DNA of 64,000 nt from a plasmid, in sequence record NZ_CP123987.1. The stretch is one strand, 5' to 3'. The notes under the pieces were generated by a model, which had not been told where the DNA came from, ran no database searches, and worked only from the letters and a program-made list of their open reading frames with translations. This document shows, in pieces, positions 48,689 to 58,201 of this stretch (position 1 is its first letter; each line of letters opens with the position of its first letter). Made by a program: the position numbers and the translations under genes.

Positions 48689-48846
48689 AAAAGGCCCTCT
48701 TTTCAATTTTTGATAACGATTGCAACGTATAGAAATATTATATCAATTATAGAAAAAATATCAATTAGACGTATAGAAATTATTGATATATATTAAAAGT
48801 GTAAAAATTAATTAAATAAATCACAAACTCTGGGGAGGGTTTTATT

Positions 48847-49683
48847 ATGAGTAAGAAAAATCCTATTACTATAAGTTCTTGGACATTGGGAGACAAGTGT
48901 ACATTTGAACAACGCTGTAAAGCTGCTGCTGAAGCTGGCTATGATGGTATCGGTTTAAGAGCCGAAACATATGTAGATGCTTTAAATGAAGGGCTTACAG
49001 ATAAAGATATTATAGATATTTTAAATAAATACAATATTACTTGTACAGAAGTAGAATACATCGTTCAATGGTGCGAAGAACCTCGCTCATATGAACAAAA
49101 GTATAAGGAACAAATGTGCTTCCATATGTGTGAACTATTTGGTGTAAAGCATATTAATACAGGTTTAATGGAAGATTATCCTGTAGACTATACCGCACAA
49201 AAACTTAGAGAGTTATGTGATAGAGCCGGAGATTTAATTATTGCCCTTGAACCAATGCCATATAGTGGTTTACCAAACTTAGATAAGACATGGAAAGTAT
49301 TGCAAAAAGCTGATTGTGATAACGCAATGATGCTATTGGATACATGGCACTGGGTTCGTGCTAACCAACCATATGACTTATTGACAAAAGAACAAGCTAA
49401 GAAAGTTATTTCTATCCAAATTGATGATGCTTATGAAAGACCATATGCAGATTCAATCTTGAGAGACGAATCAATGCATGATCGTTTAGCTCCAGGTGTG
49501 GGACAAGCTGACACAGTAGCATTCTTAAAGATGATCAAGGAAGCAGGTATCGATCCAAAAGTTGTTGGGGTTGAAGTTATTTCTGATAACTATATGTCCA
49601 AAGGTATTGATTGGGTAGCTGATTATACTTATAAGAATACAGAAAAAGTTTTGAAAGAAGCTTGGCCAGAAATTTTAGACTAA
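48847..49683 (+). CDS. Xylose-isomerase-like TIM-barrel protein (sugar-phosphate isomerase/epimerase; possible 3-dehydroshikimate dehydratase)
   Basis: The family assignment rests on overall sequence character. The functional guess comes from the context with aroE-like and aroD-like genes. Confidence 0.55.
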   Translation: MSKKNPITISSWTLGDKCTFEQRCKAAAEAGYDGIGLRAETYVDALNEGLTDKDIIDILNKYNITCTEVEYIVQWCEEPRSYEQKYKEQMCFHMCELFGVKHINTGLMEDYPVDYTAQKLRELCDRAGDLIIALEPMPYSGLPNLDKTWKVLQKADCDNAMMLLDTWHWVRANQPYDLLTKEQAKKVISIQIDDAYERPYADSILRDESMHDRLAPGVGQADTVAFLKMIKEAGIDPKVVGVEVISDNYMSKGIDWVADYTYKNTEKVLKEAWPEILD

Positions 49684-49711
49684 TTGAATTGAAGAAAAGA
49701 GGTTAATATTT

Positions 49712-50539
49712 ATGACTGAATGGTTAGGATTAAGAGATAAAGTTGTTGTAATTACAGGTGCTGCTGGTGGTATGGGAACAAAGTTTTCTCATGACTTTGC
49801 TGAACAAGGCGCTAAATTAGTATTGATGGATATCGCTGAAGAACGTGTTGAAAAATTAAGTAAAGAATTAGCTGATGAATTTAAAGTAGAAACACTTGCA
49901 GTTGTATGTAATTCTACAGATGAACATGATGTAGATGAAGCTGTAAAGAAGGTAGTTGATAAATTTGGTCGTGTTGACGTATTGGTTAACACAGCAGCAA
50001 TTCTTCGTTTCTCACCATTAGAAGATTTAACATTTGATGAATGGAAACAACAAATTAATATTAACATTAATGGTTATTTCTTAACTTCTCAACGATTTGG
50101 TCGTCAAATGATTAAACAAAAGAAAGGTACAATGGTTCATATTTCAACAGTTGCTTCTCATTTCCCAGAAACATACTCTGGTGCATATAGTACAACCAAA
50201 GCTGCTGTAAACATGATTTCTAAACAAATAGCAGCCGAATGGGGACAATTTGGTGTACGTAGTAACTGTGTACTTCCTTGCTTAGTTAAGACTCCATTAT
50301 CAAAAGACTTCTACAAAGATAAGGAAGTTGAAGATGGACGTAGTCGTTTAGTAGCAAGCAAGCGTATTGGTGAATTAAAGGATATTTCTAATACTGTACT
50401 ATTCTTAGCAAGTGATCGTTCAGATTATACAAATGGTGATGAAATCAATGTTGATGGTGGTATCGGTATTATGATGCAAGATATGATTCCAAAGCCAGGT
50501 GGACGTCGTCAATATGCAATTGACCACCACAAGAAGTAA
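49712..50539 (+). CDS. Short-chain dehydrogenase/reductase (SDR)
   Basis: VVVITGAAGGMG (TGxxxGxG) and YSTTKAA (YxxxK) motifs. Confidence 0.85.
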   Translation: MTEWLGLRDKVVVITGAAGGMGTKFSHDFAEQGAKLVLMDIAEERVEKLSKELADEFKVETLAVVCNSTDEHDVDEAVKKVVDKFGRVDVLVNTAAILRFSPLEDLTFDEWKQQINININGYFLTSQRFGRQMIKQKKGTMVHISTVASHFPETYSGAYSTTKAAVNMISKQIAAEWGQFGVRSNCVLPCLVKTPLSKDFYKDKEVEDGRSRLVASKRIGELKDISNTVLFLASDRSDYTNGDEINVDGGIGIMMQDMIPKPGGRRQYAIDHHKK

Positions 50540-50558
50540 TTTAGTGGAGTGAAAAAAT

Positions 50559-52274
50559 ATGACTGAAAAGAAAGTAATTACTGCTCAAGCTCAAGGGCAT
50601 AACGGACCAATTGATTTGGAAATTGGAGTTGAAAATCAAGAAATTGTAAATGTTGATGTAAAGAAACATTCTGAAACAAAAGGTATTTTTAATCAAGTTT
50701 TCTCAAAACTAAGAAATGATATTCTTGATAATCAAAGTTTTGATATCGATGCAATTAGTGGCGCTACTGTCATGAGTGATGCAATTTTGAAATCAGCTAA
50801 AGATGCGGTGGAAGAAGCAGAAGTAAAGATTGATTCTAAGAAAAAAGATATTCCTCATGTAACTGAAGAATTGCATACAGATGTTGTTGTTATCGGTGGT
50901 GGGGAAGCTGGTTTAGTTGCTGGATGTCGCGCCTTAAAATTAGGAAAGAAAGTAATTTTAGTAGAAAAAAATGGTTACCTAGGTGGAGCTACAATCCTAA
51001 ATGGTTCTAATGTAACTGCAACAGGATCTAAAGTTGCTAAGAATATTTTTGGTGATGAAGCGAATAATGATACACCAGAAAAATTAGCAGATGATGTTAG
51101 ACGTGAATCAAAAGATACTAATGTTCCTGAGTTAACTAATTTAATGGCAAATAACATTGGTGATGCAATTGATTTTATTTCTGAATTTGCTGGCTTAGAA
51201 TATCGAAAAGCTCAAACTCAAACACCAGAACATTCAGTTGAACGTCAAGTTGAATTACCAACATCAAGTAGTTATGAATTTATCACTAAAGTTGCTAAAG
51301 CTTTTGAAGAAAAAGGTGGTCAAATCTTACTTGATAGTCGAGTAGAAGAAGTTATAATTGACGGTGATAAGATTACAGGTATTGTGACTGAAGGAAAGCA
51401 TAAAACAACCAAGATTTTTGCTTCAGCAGTAGTCCTAGCTTCCGGTGGTTATGGTGCTAATACAAAGATGCGTGGACCGGAAAGTCAAGGTTTATACTAT
51501 TATGGACCAATGACATCAACTGGCGATGCTTATCAATTCTTAGCTCCATTACAATTGAAGACAAGAAACTTAGGCTGGTATAAAGTATATCCTCATGGGG
51601 TAGAAACTGAACCAGGAATTGCTAAGTTAACAACATATGCATCTAAACTTGCTACTGATATGGGAGCAATTTATGTTAATACAGATGGTAAACGAATCGT
51701 TAATGAATCTGATGTATATGCTGAATTAAGGGATGCAGTCTTAAAACAAAAAGACAGAGTGGCATTCTTAGTAATGGATAAGCGAACATGGGATGAATTC
51801 TACAAATTGTTAGTCTTACATGACTTTAGTGAAAGTGAAATCGCTGATTACTTTGCAAAAGACGGAAAGAGTAATCCAATTCTTGTGAAGGGTAGTTTAC
51901 AAGAGGTTGCACAAAAAGCAGGTATTGATGTAGCTGGTTTAAGTGAAACTGTTCAAAAATACAATGACTATGCTAAACAAGGAAAAGATGAAGAATTTGG
52001 CCGAGATAGTAAATTCTTACATGAATATGAAGGCGATGAATTTTACATCATTGAACAACGTGATCGTTTTGCAACCACATTAGGTGGATTTGTAACAGAT
52101 GCAGATCTACATCTACAATTTGAAAATGGTAATAAATTGGCTAATGTAGTTGCTGCAGGTGAAGTAATCGGTGGAGCAAATGGACATGATTCTATGCCAA
52201 GTATGATGAACTCATGGGGCATTTCTTCCGGATTTGTAGCAGGAAAAGAAGCAGCTGAAATAAGTGAAAATTAA
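50559..52274 (+). CDS. FMN-binding, FAD-dependent reductase of the fumarate reductase/flavocytochrome c family
   Basis: N-terminal FMN_bind-like segment (ISGATVMSDAI). FAD-binding DVVVIGGGEAGLVAGCRA motif. C-terminal FAD_binding_2-like domain. Confidence 0.75.
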   Translation: MTEKKVITAQAQGHNGPIDLEIGVENQEIVNVDVKKHSETKGIFNQVFSKLRNDILDNQSFDIDAISGATVMSDAILKSAKDAVEEAEVKIDSKKKDIPHVTEELHTDVVVIGGGEAGLVAGCRALKLGKKVILVEKNGYLGGATILNGSNVTATGSKVAKNIFGDEANNDTPEKLADDVRRESKDTNVPELTNLMANNIGDAIDFISEFAGLEYRKAQTQTPEHSVERQVELPTSSSYEFITKVAKAFEEKGGQILLDSRVEEVIIDGDKITGIVTEGKHKTTKIFASAVVLASGGYGANTKMRGPESQGLYYYGPMTSTGDAYQFLAPLQLKTRNLGWYKVYPHGVETEPGIAKLTTYASKLATDMGAIYVNTDGKRIVNESDVYAELRDAVLKQKDRVAFLVMDKRTWDEFYKLLVLHDFSESEIADYFAKDGKSNPILVKGSLQEVAQKAGIDVAGLSETVQKYNDYAKQGKDEEFGRDSKFLHEYEGDEFYIIEQRDRFATTLGGFVTDADLHLQFENGNKLANVVAAGEVIGGANGHDSMPSMMNSWGISSGFVAGKEAAEISEN

Positions 52275-52294
52275 TTTTAAAGGGGATAATTAAA

Positions 52295-53170
52295 ATGGAA
52301 CGTATCGATGGACATACTTTATTAATTGGTTTGATGGCATATCCTATTAGACATTCTATGTCACCAACAATGCATAACAATGCTTTTGCTAAATTAGGTT
52401 TAAACTATGCATATTTAGCATTTGAAATTGATAATGATAAACTAGAAAAAGCTGTAGATGCAATTAGAACTTTAGATATGCGTGGATCTAACGTATCTAT
52501 GCCAAATAAGCAAAAGATTATTCCTTATTTGGATAAATTAGATCCAGCAGCTAAAATGGCTGGTGCTGTAAATACAGTTGTAAACGATAATGGTGTATTG
52601 ACTGGATATACAACTGACGGAACAGGTTTCATGAAGTCACTAGCTGATGAAGGCTTAGATATTCGTGGTAAGAAGATGACATTAGCAGGTGCAGGTGGTG
52701 CTGGTACTCCAATTGCAATTCAAGCAGCACTTGATGGGGTAAAGGAAATTTCTATCTTCAATTTAGATGATGCTCAATGGGAACAAGCTGAAAAGAACGT
52801 TGAAATCATCAATCGTGAAACAGATTGTAAAGCAACACTACATCACCTAGAAGATAAAGAAGACTTTAAGAAGGAAATTGCTTCAAGTTATATCTATTGC
52901 GATGCTACAGGTGTAGGTATGAAACCATTAGAAGACATGACATTAGTTGAAGATCCTAGTTGGTTCCACAAAGATATGATTGTTTTCGATACAGTCTATG
53001 CACCAAGAGAAACAAAATTAATGAAAGTTGCTAAAGAAGCTGGCGTAGATCATGTTCTTAATGGTTTAGGTATGATGTTAGAACAAGGTGCAGAAGCATT
53101 CAAGTTATGGACAGGTGAAGATATGCCTGTAGACTACATCAGAGAATTATTATTTAGCGAAGATAACTAG
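52295..53170 (+). CDS. Shikimate/quinate 5-dehydrogenase (AroE family)
   Basis: LIGLMAYPIRHSMSPTMHNNAF substrate-binding N-terminus and GAGGAGTPIA NAD(P)-binding motif. Confidence 0.8.
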   Translation: MERIDGHTLLIGLMAYPIRHSMSPTMHNNAFAKLGLNYAYLAFEIDNDKLEKAVDAIRTLDMRGSNVSMPNKQKIIPYLDKLDPAAKMAGAVNTVVNDNGVLTGYTTDGTGFMKSLADEGLDIRGKKMTLAGAGGAGTPIAIQAALDGVKEISIFNLDDAQWEQAEKNVEIINRETDCKATLHHLEDKEDFKKEIASSYIYCDATGVGMKPLEDMTLVEDPSWFHKDMIVFDTVYAPRETKLMKVAKEAGVDHVLNGLGMMLEQGAEAFKLWTGEDMPVDYIRELLFSEDN

Positions 53171-53173
53171 GCG

Positions 53174-53941
53174 GTGAATTTGATGAGGATAGTCAAAGTA
53201 AGAAATGTTGAATTCGGTACGGACCGTCCTAAAATAGCTGTTCCAATTACCGGAAAATCAAGTGATGATATTATAAAGCAAGCCGAAACAATTATGTCTA
53301 GTGATAACGCTGATTTAATTGAATGGAGAATAGATTTCTTTGATCAAGTTGAAGATGCTGAAAAGTTGGTTGAAACAGCCAAAAAGCTACGCCAAGTTAT
53401 GGGTGAAATGCCTTTATTAACTACATTTAGAACTCATTTCGAAGGTGGAGTTAAAGAATTATCAGAAGAAGAATATTTCGATATTTGTCGCGTATTGATT
53501 AAAGAAAAGGCAACAGATTTGTTAGACTTAGAATTGTTCAGAAAAACAAGTAAGCTAAAGGAAATTATCGCCGAAGCTCATGAAAATAATATCTATATTA
53601 TCATGAGTAATCATGATTTCGATAAGACTCCTGCAACTTCTGAATTAGAAAGACGACTAACTTTGATGAAGACTTACGGTGCTGATATTGCTAAGATCGC
53701 AGTAATGCCTAATAGTGCACGTGATGTCCTAAATCTATTACTAGCTACAGATAATATGAAGTACAAATTAAATTGTCCATTAATTACAATGGCGATGGGA
53801 GACTTAGGTAAAGTAACCAGAATAAGTGGTGAAGTCTTTGGTTCTTGCTTAACATTTGGTACAGTAGGCGATGCTTCTGCACCAGGACAAATTGAAAGTA
53901 CTAACTTAAAAGGAATCTTAAATACATTAAAGTTTGACTAA
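53174..53941 (+). CDS. aroD: Type I 3-dehydroquinate dehydratase
   Basis: Type I dehydroquinase-like sequence (PKIAVPITG, LIEWRIDFF). The start may be GTG at 53174 or ATG at 53183. Confidence 0.75.
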   Translation: MNLMRIVKVRNVEFGTDRPKIAVPITGKSSDDIIKQAETIMSSDNADLIEWRIDFFDQVEDAEKLVETAKKLRQVMGEMPLLTTFRTHFEGGVKELSEEEYFDICRVLIKEKATDLLDLELFRKTSKLKEIIAEAHENNIYIIMSNHDFDKTPATSELERRLTLMKTYGADIAKIAVMPNSARDVLNLLLATDNMKYKLNCPLITMAMGDLGKVTRISGEVFGSCLTFGTVGDASAPGQIESTNLKGILNTLKFD

Positions 53942-53942
53942 G

Positions 53943-53985
53943 CAAAAAGAAGTTGAATCAAATTTGGTTCAACTTCTTTTTTTGT
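53943..53985. terminator. Bidirectional terminator
   Basis: Stem agaagttgaa / ttcaacttct flanked by an A-run and a T-run. It sits between convergent aroD and the integrase gene. Confidence 0.75.
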
Positions 53986-53988
53986 GTA

Positions 53989-55107
53989 CTATAAAGAATT
54001 CAATGCATCCGTAGTTTCATCATTATCAATATGAGTATAAAGAGTAGTTGTAGCAGTTGAGCTATGTCCTAATTGTTGTGCAGTTAAAACAAGGTTATTA
54101 GTTTGTTTATACAATCTAGTAGCTAAAGTGTGTCTCAACTTATGAGGAGTAACTCTGACTTTGAAACCTTTAGAGTATTTGGAAACCATTTTTTCAATAG
54201 CAGAGCCAGTAATGCGTTTGGAACCACCACGACTAATAGCTAAGAAGAATGCTTTTTCATATTTATCTGCACGATAACGACTAGCACGGATATCACGATA
54301 ATTAGCTAGATATTCCATTGCAAAAGCGGCAATTCTAACAGAATCTTTTTTATTTCCTTTTCTAAGTACAGCAACTCGATTGTTTTCGAAATCTAAATCT
54401 TCAATATTGATATTAACAACTTCAGATAAACGGAGACCGGATCCTAACATTAAAGCATTGATAGCTAAATCTCTTTCAACATCGCGATTGTAGAATTTTT
54501 TAGCTTGAGTAGATAATGACTGAGGATAAACTTCTTTGATATATTGCAGATATTCATCAGTTTCATCATCTAAAAATAACTTTTCTTCTAAGGCATCAGC
54601 TCTAGCTTGTAGCGTTTGCTTATCAGCCACATTATCAATACTTTGCATAACGTCGTGTGTTAAAAAAGGTTTTTCTTGAGAGTTATTAGCACTTCTGCTT
54701 AAGAACTTAAATATCACCTTTAAAGCAGTGATATTGCGCTGAATAGTTACTTTAGATAGAGTCTCAGTAGATTCTTCTTTATGACCATTTTTATCAAGAG
54801 CTTTTTTATTTTGCTTTTTTCGGCGTAAAAGATAAGATTTGTATTCAGTAGCAGTACGAACTGTAAGCTTATCAAGCGATTCTGGGGCGATGTCACTAGT
54901 TTTATTTTCGTTAATATAATGATTTTCAATCAACCAAATCAAAAATTGATGGAAATTCTTCAAGTATTCAAGAATAGTATTAGGAGAATATTCATCAGCG
55001 GTTTTTACAATAACAAAATCATTCATATAATAAGGGAGCTCATGTAGCAACTCATCGATTTTTTTATTTGCAACTTCTTTTTGCATAGTTATCCTCCGAA
55101 CATTCAT
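53989..55107 (-). CDS. Tyrosine-type site-specific recombinase/integrase
   Basis: C-terminal catalytic region RHTLATRLY...LGHSSTATTTLYTH (R-H-R-Y). N-terminal SAM-like domain. Confidence 0.85.
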   Translation of the reverse strand: MNVRRITMQKEVANKKIDELLHELPYYMNDFVIVKTADEYSPNTILEYLKNFHQFLIWLIENHYINENKTSDIAPESLDKLTVRTATEYKSYLLRRKKQNKKALDKNGHKEESTETLSKVTIQRNITALKVIFKFLSRSANNSQEKPFLTHDVMQSIDNVADKQTLQARADALEEKLFLDDETDEYLQYIKEVYPQSLSTQAKKFYNRDVERDLAINALMLGSGLRLSEVVNINIEDLDFENNRVAVLRKGNKKDSVRIAAFAMEYLANYRDIRASRYRADKYEKAFFLAISRGGSKRITGSAIEKMVSKYSKGFKVRVTPHKLRHTLATRLYKQTNNLVLTAQQLGHSSTATTTLYTHIDNDETTDALNSL

Positions 55108-55464
55108 TTGATAATAGTATTATACCATGAAATTTAAGTTTCGTGTTAAATATAACTTATACTTTGTGTTAATTCACAATGTAAATATATATGTTAAGTG
55201 GTAAATGGTAATGAAATGAGTCTTACTTAAGAGTAGAAGTAAGACTTTTGATTAAGGAATACAGATGTATTATAAAAAAGAGGGGAATGTAGACAAATTA
55301 CGTGTGAGATAAAGTAATCTTTTTTGAATTAAACTACTGTACGAAAATAATCTTATCAATAAAGAAAATAGTATAATAAAATATAAGTAGAGTATAGTAA
55401 TGTACCTGTACAAAGGTGAATCTAATCATAATGTTATTTCTGTGAACAAAGGAGATGTTCAAAA

Positions 55465-55722
55465 ATGAAAATTACAACTCAAATTAGTCTTGATGATGTT
55501 TTGGATAATTTTGAAAGATTATGGACTATCGTTCATATGAAAGATGGACGAATATTAAATTTATATATCGTTGATGTTGATGATGAGTTCCAGAGAAATG
55601 ATGAAGAAGATGAACCAGAGTTAAAAGCTATCGTTTATAACACTACAGGTAGTAATTCGTATGGAAATGGGATTGCTTTTGATGATATTGACAGTATTGA
55701 ACTAGATCCTGACAAAAATTAA
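55465..55722 (+). CDS. Small hypothetical protein (85 aa), paralogue of the next gene
   Basis: Shared motif KLYIVDVD...YNTTGSNSYGN.I.F.DID.IEL. RBS aaaggag. Confidence 0.6.
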   Translation: MKITTQISLDDVLDNFERLWTIVHMKDGRILNLYIVDVDDEFQRNDEEDEPELKAIVYNTTGSNSYGNGIAFDDIDSIELDPDKN

Positions 55723-55771
55723 TTAAAAAGCTGTCATACAATTTAAACTTTACTGGAGGAGTTGAGAATTA

Positions 55772-56005
55772 ATGAAAATAAATAAAGAAACTAAACTTTG
55801 GGACGTTATAAAAGCTTTTAATTGGAAATGGTGTGTAGTTACTTTAAAGAATGGTAAAAGAATAAAATTATATATTGTAGATGTAGATTATGAAGCATTT
55901 GGGTATAATATTATAGTTTATAATTATACTGGTAGTAATTCTTATGGTAATGATATTCCATTTAGCGATATAGATGAAATTGAATTATATAAGAGTGAGG
56001 AGTAA
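55772..56005 (+). CDS. Small hypothetical protein (77 aa), paralogue of the previous gene
   Basis: Same motif set as the 55465-55722 protein. RBS ggagg. Confidence 0.6.
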   Translation: MKINKETKLWDVIKAFNWKWCVVTLKNGKRIKLYIVDVDYEAFGYNIIVYNYTGSNSYGNDIPFSDIDEIELYKSEE

Positions 56006-56050
56006 TATTGATCTAGATTTAAGTAGTCTCAAGAGATTGGAGAGATACTA

Positions 56051-56275
56051 ATGAAAGCTATAGATGTTCTTTATTTAGAAAGTGAAGATATTTCATGTAT
56101 TACTATACAAAGAACGGATATTGTGGCAGGTCAAAAGATAATTGATAAAAATGACACAACATTTGAAGTATATGGTCTTGTTCCTAATGGCCGTGGATTG
56201 CTTAATGGAATTTCTAGTTTATTAGTCCATGGAAAATTCGAAGGAAATATTGTGAATTTGGTAGATGAAGAATAG
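56051..56275 (+). CDS. Small hypothetical protein (74 aa)
   Basis: ORF with a plausible RBS (gattggagag). No known domain. Confidence 0.5.
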   Translation: MKAIDVLYLESEDISCITIQRTDIVAGQKIIDKNDTTFEVYGLVPNGRGLLNGISSLLVHGKFEGNIVNLVDEE

Positions 56276-56357
56276 ATAATAGCTATTAAACTGCTTTTTA
56301 CAATTAAAAACTACTAGTAATTATTAGTTTAAAAAGGTATTGATACTTTTATAGGAA

Positions 56358-57179
56358 GTGATAGAAATGTGTACAGCAATTACTTTAAATGGTAATAGTA
56401 ATTACTTTGGAAGAAACTTAGATTTAGATTTTTCATATGGTGAGGAGGTAATCATTACTCCGGCTGAATATGAGTTTAAATTTAGAAAGGAAAAAGCTAT
56501 AAAGAATCATAAATCATTAATAGGTGTTGGAATTGTCGCTAATGATTATCCACTGTATTTTGATGCTATTAATGAGGATGGACTAGGAATGGCAGGATTG
56601 AATTTTCCTGGAAATGCATATTATAGCGATGCTTTAGAGAATGATAAAGATAATATTACGCCGTTCGAGTTTATTCCATGGATTCTGGGACAGTGTAGCG
56701 ATGTTAATGAAGTAAGAAATTTAGTTGAAAGAATAAATCTCATTAATCTTAGTTTTAGCGAACAGTTACCTTTAGCAGGATTACATTGGTTAATTGCTGA
56801 TAGAGAAAAATCCATCGTAGTAGAAGTAACTAAATCTGGAGTACATATTTATGATAATCCAATTGGAGTATTGACTAATAATCCAGAATTTAATTATCAG
56901 ATGTACAATCTGAATAAATATCGCAATTTATCTATCAGTACACCACAAAATACATTCTCAGATAGCGTGGATTTAAAGGTAGACGGTACTGGTTTTGGTG
57001 GTATTGGCTTACCAGGCGATGTATCTCCCAAATCTCGTTTTGTGAGAGTTGCTTTTAGTAAGTTAAATTCAAGTAAAGGGACGACCGTAGAAGAAGATAT
57101 TACTCAGTTTTTCCATATACTAGGGACAGTAGAACAGATAAAGGGCGTTAATAAGACAGTTAGTTACATATCCATTTGA
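56358..57179 (+). CDS. Choloylglycine hydrolase family (bile-salt hydrolase/penicillin V acylase, Ntn hydrolase), C-terminally truncated
   Basis: MCTAITLNGNSNYFGRNLD (Cys2 nucleophile), LHWLIADREKSIVVE and VLTNNPEF conserved blocks. The ORF stops about 50-60 aa short of typical BSH length, and no continuation exists in other frames. Confidence 0.7.
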   Translation: MIEMCTAITLNGNSNYFGRNLDLDFSYGEEVIITPAEYEFKFRKEKAIKNHKSLIGVGIVANDYPLYFDAINEDGLGMAGLNFPGNAYYSDALENDKDNITPFEFIPWILGQCSDVNEVRNLVERINLINLSFSEQLPLAGLHWLIADREKSIVVEVTKSGVHIYDNPIGVLTNNPEFNYQMYNLNKYRNLSISTPQNTFSDSVDLKVDGTGFGGIGLPGDVSPKSRFVRVAFSKLNSSKGTTVEEDITQFFHILGTVEQIKGVNKTVSYISI

Positions 57180-57216
57180 AAGGAAACAAATAATAAATAA
57201 GTTGAATTAAGCAAAA

Positions 57217-57250
57217 TAACTGGTATCATAGTAGGGTACCAGTTTTATTT
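57217..57250 (+). terminator. Rho-independent terminator
   Basis: Stem ctggtatc / ggtaccag followed by ttttattt. Confidence 0.6.
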
Positions 57251-57294
57251 ATTGTGATAAATATAGAAATTACATTGCAACTATAAGCATTTTA

Positions 57295-57323
57295 AAACAA
57301 AAAAAGCTGAACTTAATTCAGCC
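57295..57323 (-). terminator. Terminator of the phosphatase gene
   Basis: Stem gctgaa / ttcagc with a minus-strand T-run (plus strand caaaaaaagc). Confidence 0.45.
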
Positions 57324-57331
57324 ATTAAGTA

Positions 57332-58129
57332 TTATTTGTCTGTCAAGTATATCTTTCTTAAATCTGAAACTTCTTGTTCATTCAACTTCAATTCTGTATG
57401 CAAATAATTATTTATCCCACCAAAGTTATCTTTCATCAATTGCAAAGCATGATTTAAATAAGCTTCATTAACTTCAAATAGGGCCTTAATATTCGCGGAC
57501 ATCACTGGACCCATTCCACTTACATCAGCTATTTTCTTTGCTCGAACAGTTTCTGTATAAACGTTAGATGCTAAGTAATCTTGATGAATTATTTTACTAT
57601 CTACACCTAGTGCAGTTAACAAATAAACAGCTCCCATACCAGTTCTATCTTTACCAGCTGTACAATGGAACAATAGAGCTTCATTTTCTTTATCATTAGC
57701 TAACAATAAATCGAAGAATTGGCGATATGCTTTTTTAGCTCCATCTGTAAGTACAATATCTTTATATGCTTTCAACATATCCTCAAAACCAGCATTTTTA
57801 ATCTTGCTGTAGGTCTTATATCTAGTCTCTTGATCTTTCTTAGTACTACGAGTCTCATCCTCTGAAAAAACTGGATTAAAATGATAATGAACATTATTGC
57901 TAATCCGATCAGGTTCAACTTCCTTTTCAGATATTGAACGAAAATCTACGTCATATCTAAGACCATAGTCATCTAAATAGTTAACATCTCGTTCAGACAA
58001 ATATGCCAAATTAGCAGAACGCAGAATTTTATGCTTTTTAATCTTACGTCCATCTAATGTTTTATAACTGCCTAAATCACGAAAATTAAATCCATGTTTT
58101 ATATCTAGTAATAGTAGTTTTTGTTCCAT
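57332..58129 (-). CDS. Protein-tyrosine phosphatase (CX5R family)
   Basis: Active-site HCTAGKDRTG. Confidence 0.8.
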   Translation of the reverse strand: MEQKLLLLDIKHGFNFRDLGSYKTLDGRKIKKHKILRSANLAYLSERDVNYLDDYGLRYDVDFRSISEKEVEPDRISNNVHYHFNPVFSEDETRSTKKDQETRYKTYSKIKNAGFEDMLKAYKDIVLTDGAKKAYRQFFDLLLANDKENEALLFHCTAGKDRTGMGAVYLLTALGVDSKIIHQDYLASNVYTETVRAKKIADVSGMGPVMSANIKALFEVNEAYLNHALQLMKDNFGGINNYLHTELKLNEQEVSDLRKIYLTDK

Positions 58130-58201
58130 ATAATCCCTCCATGGAGTGTGGCTTTAAATATGATTTTAACAAAAAATAAGCCTATTACCAAATATAAGTT
58201 A

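Noticed and set aside
56358-57330. Possibility that the bile-salt-hydrolase-family gene continues in another frame after 57179.
   Set aside because: Translating all three forward frames of 57180-57330 gives no BSH-like C-terminal sequence. A terminator hairpin follows at 57217-57250. The gene is genuinely truncated, not frameshifted.
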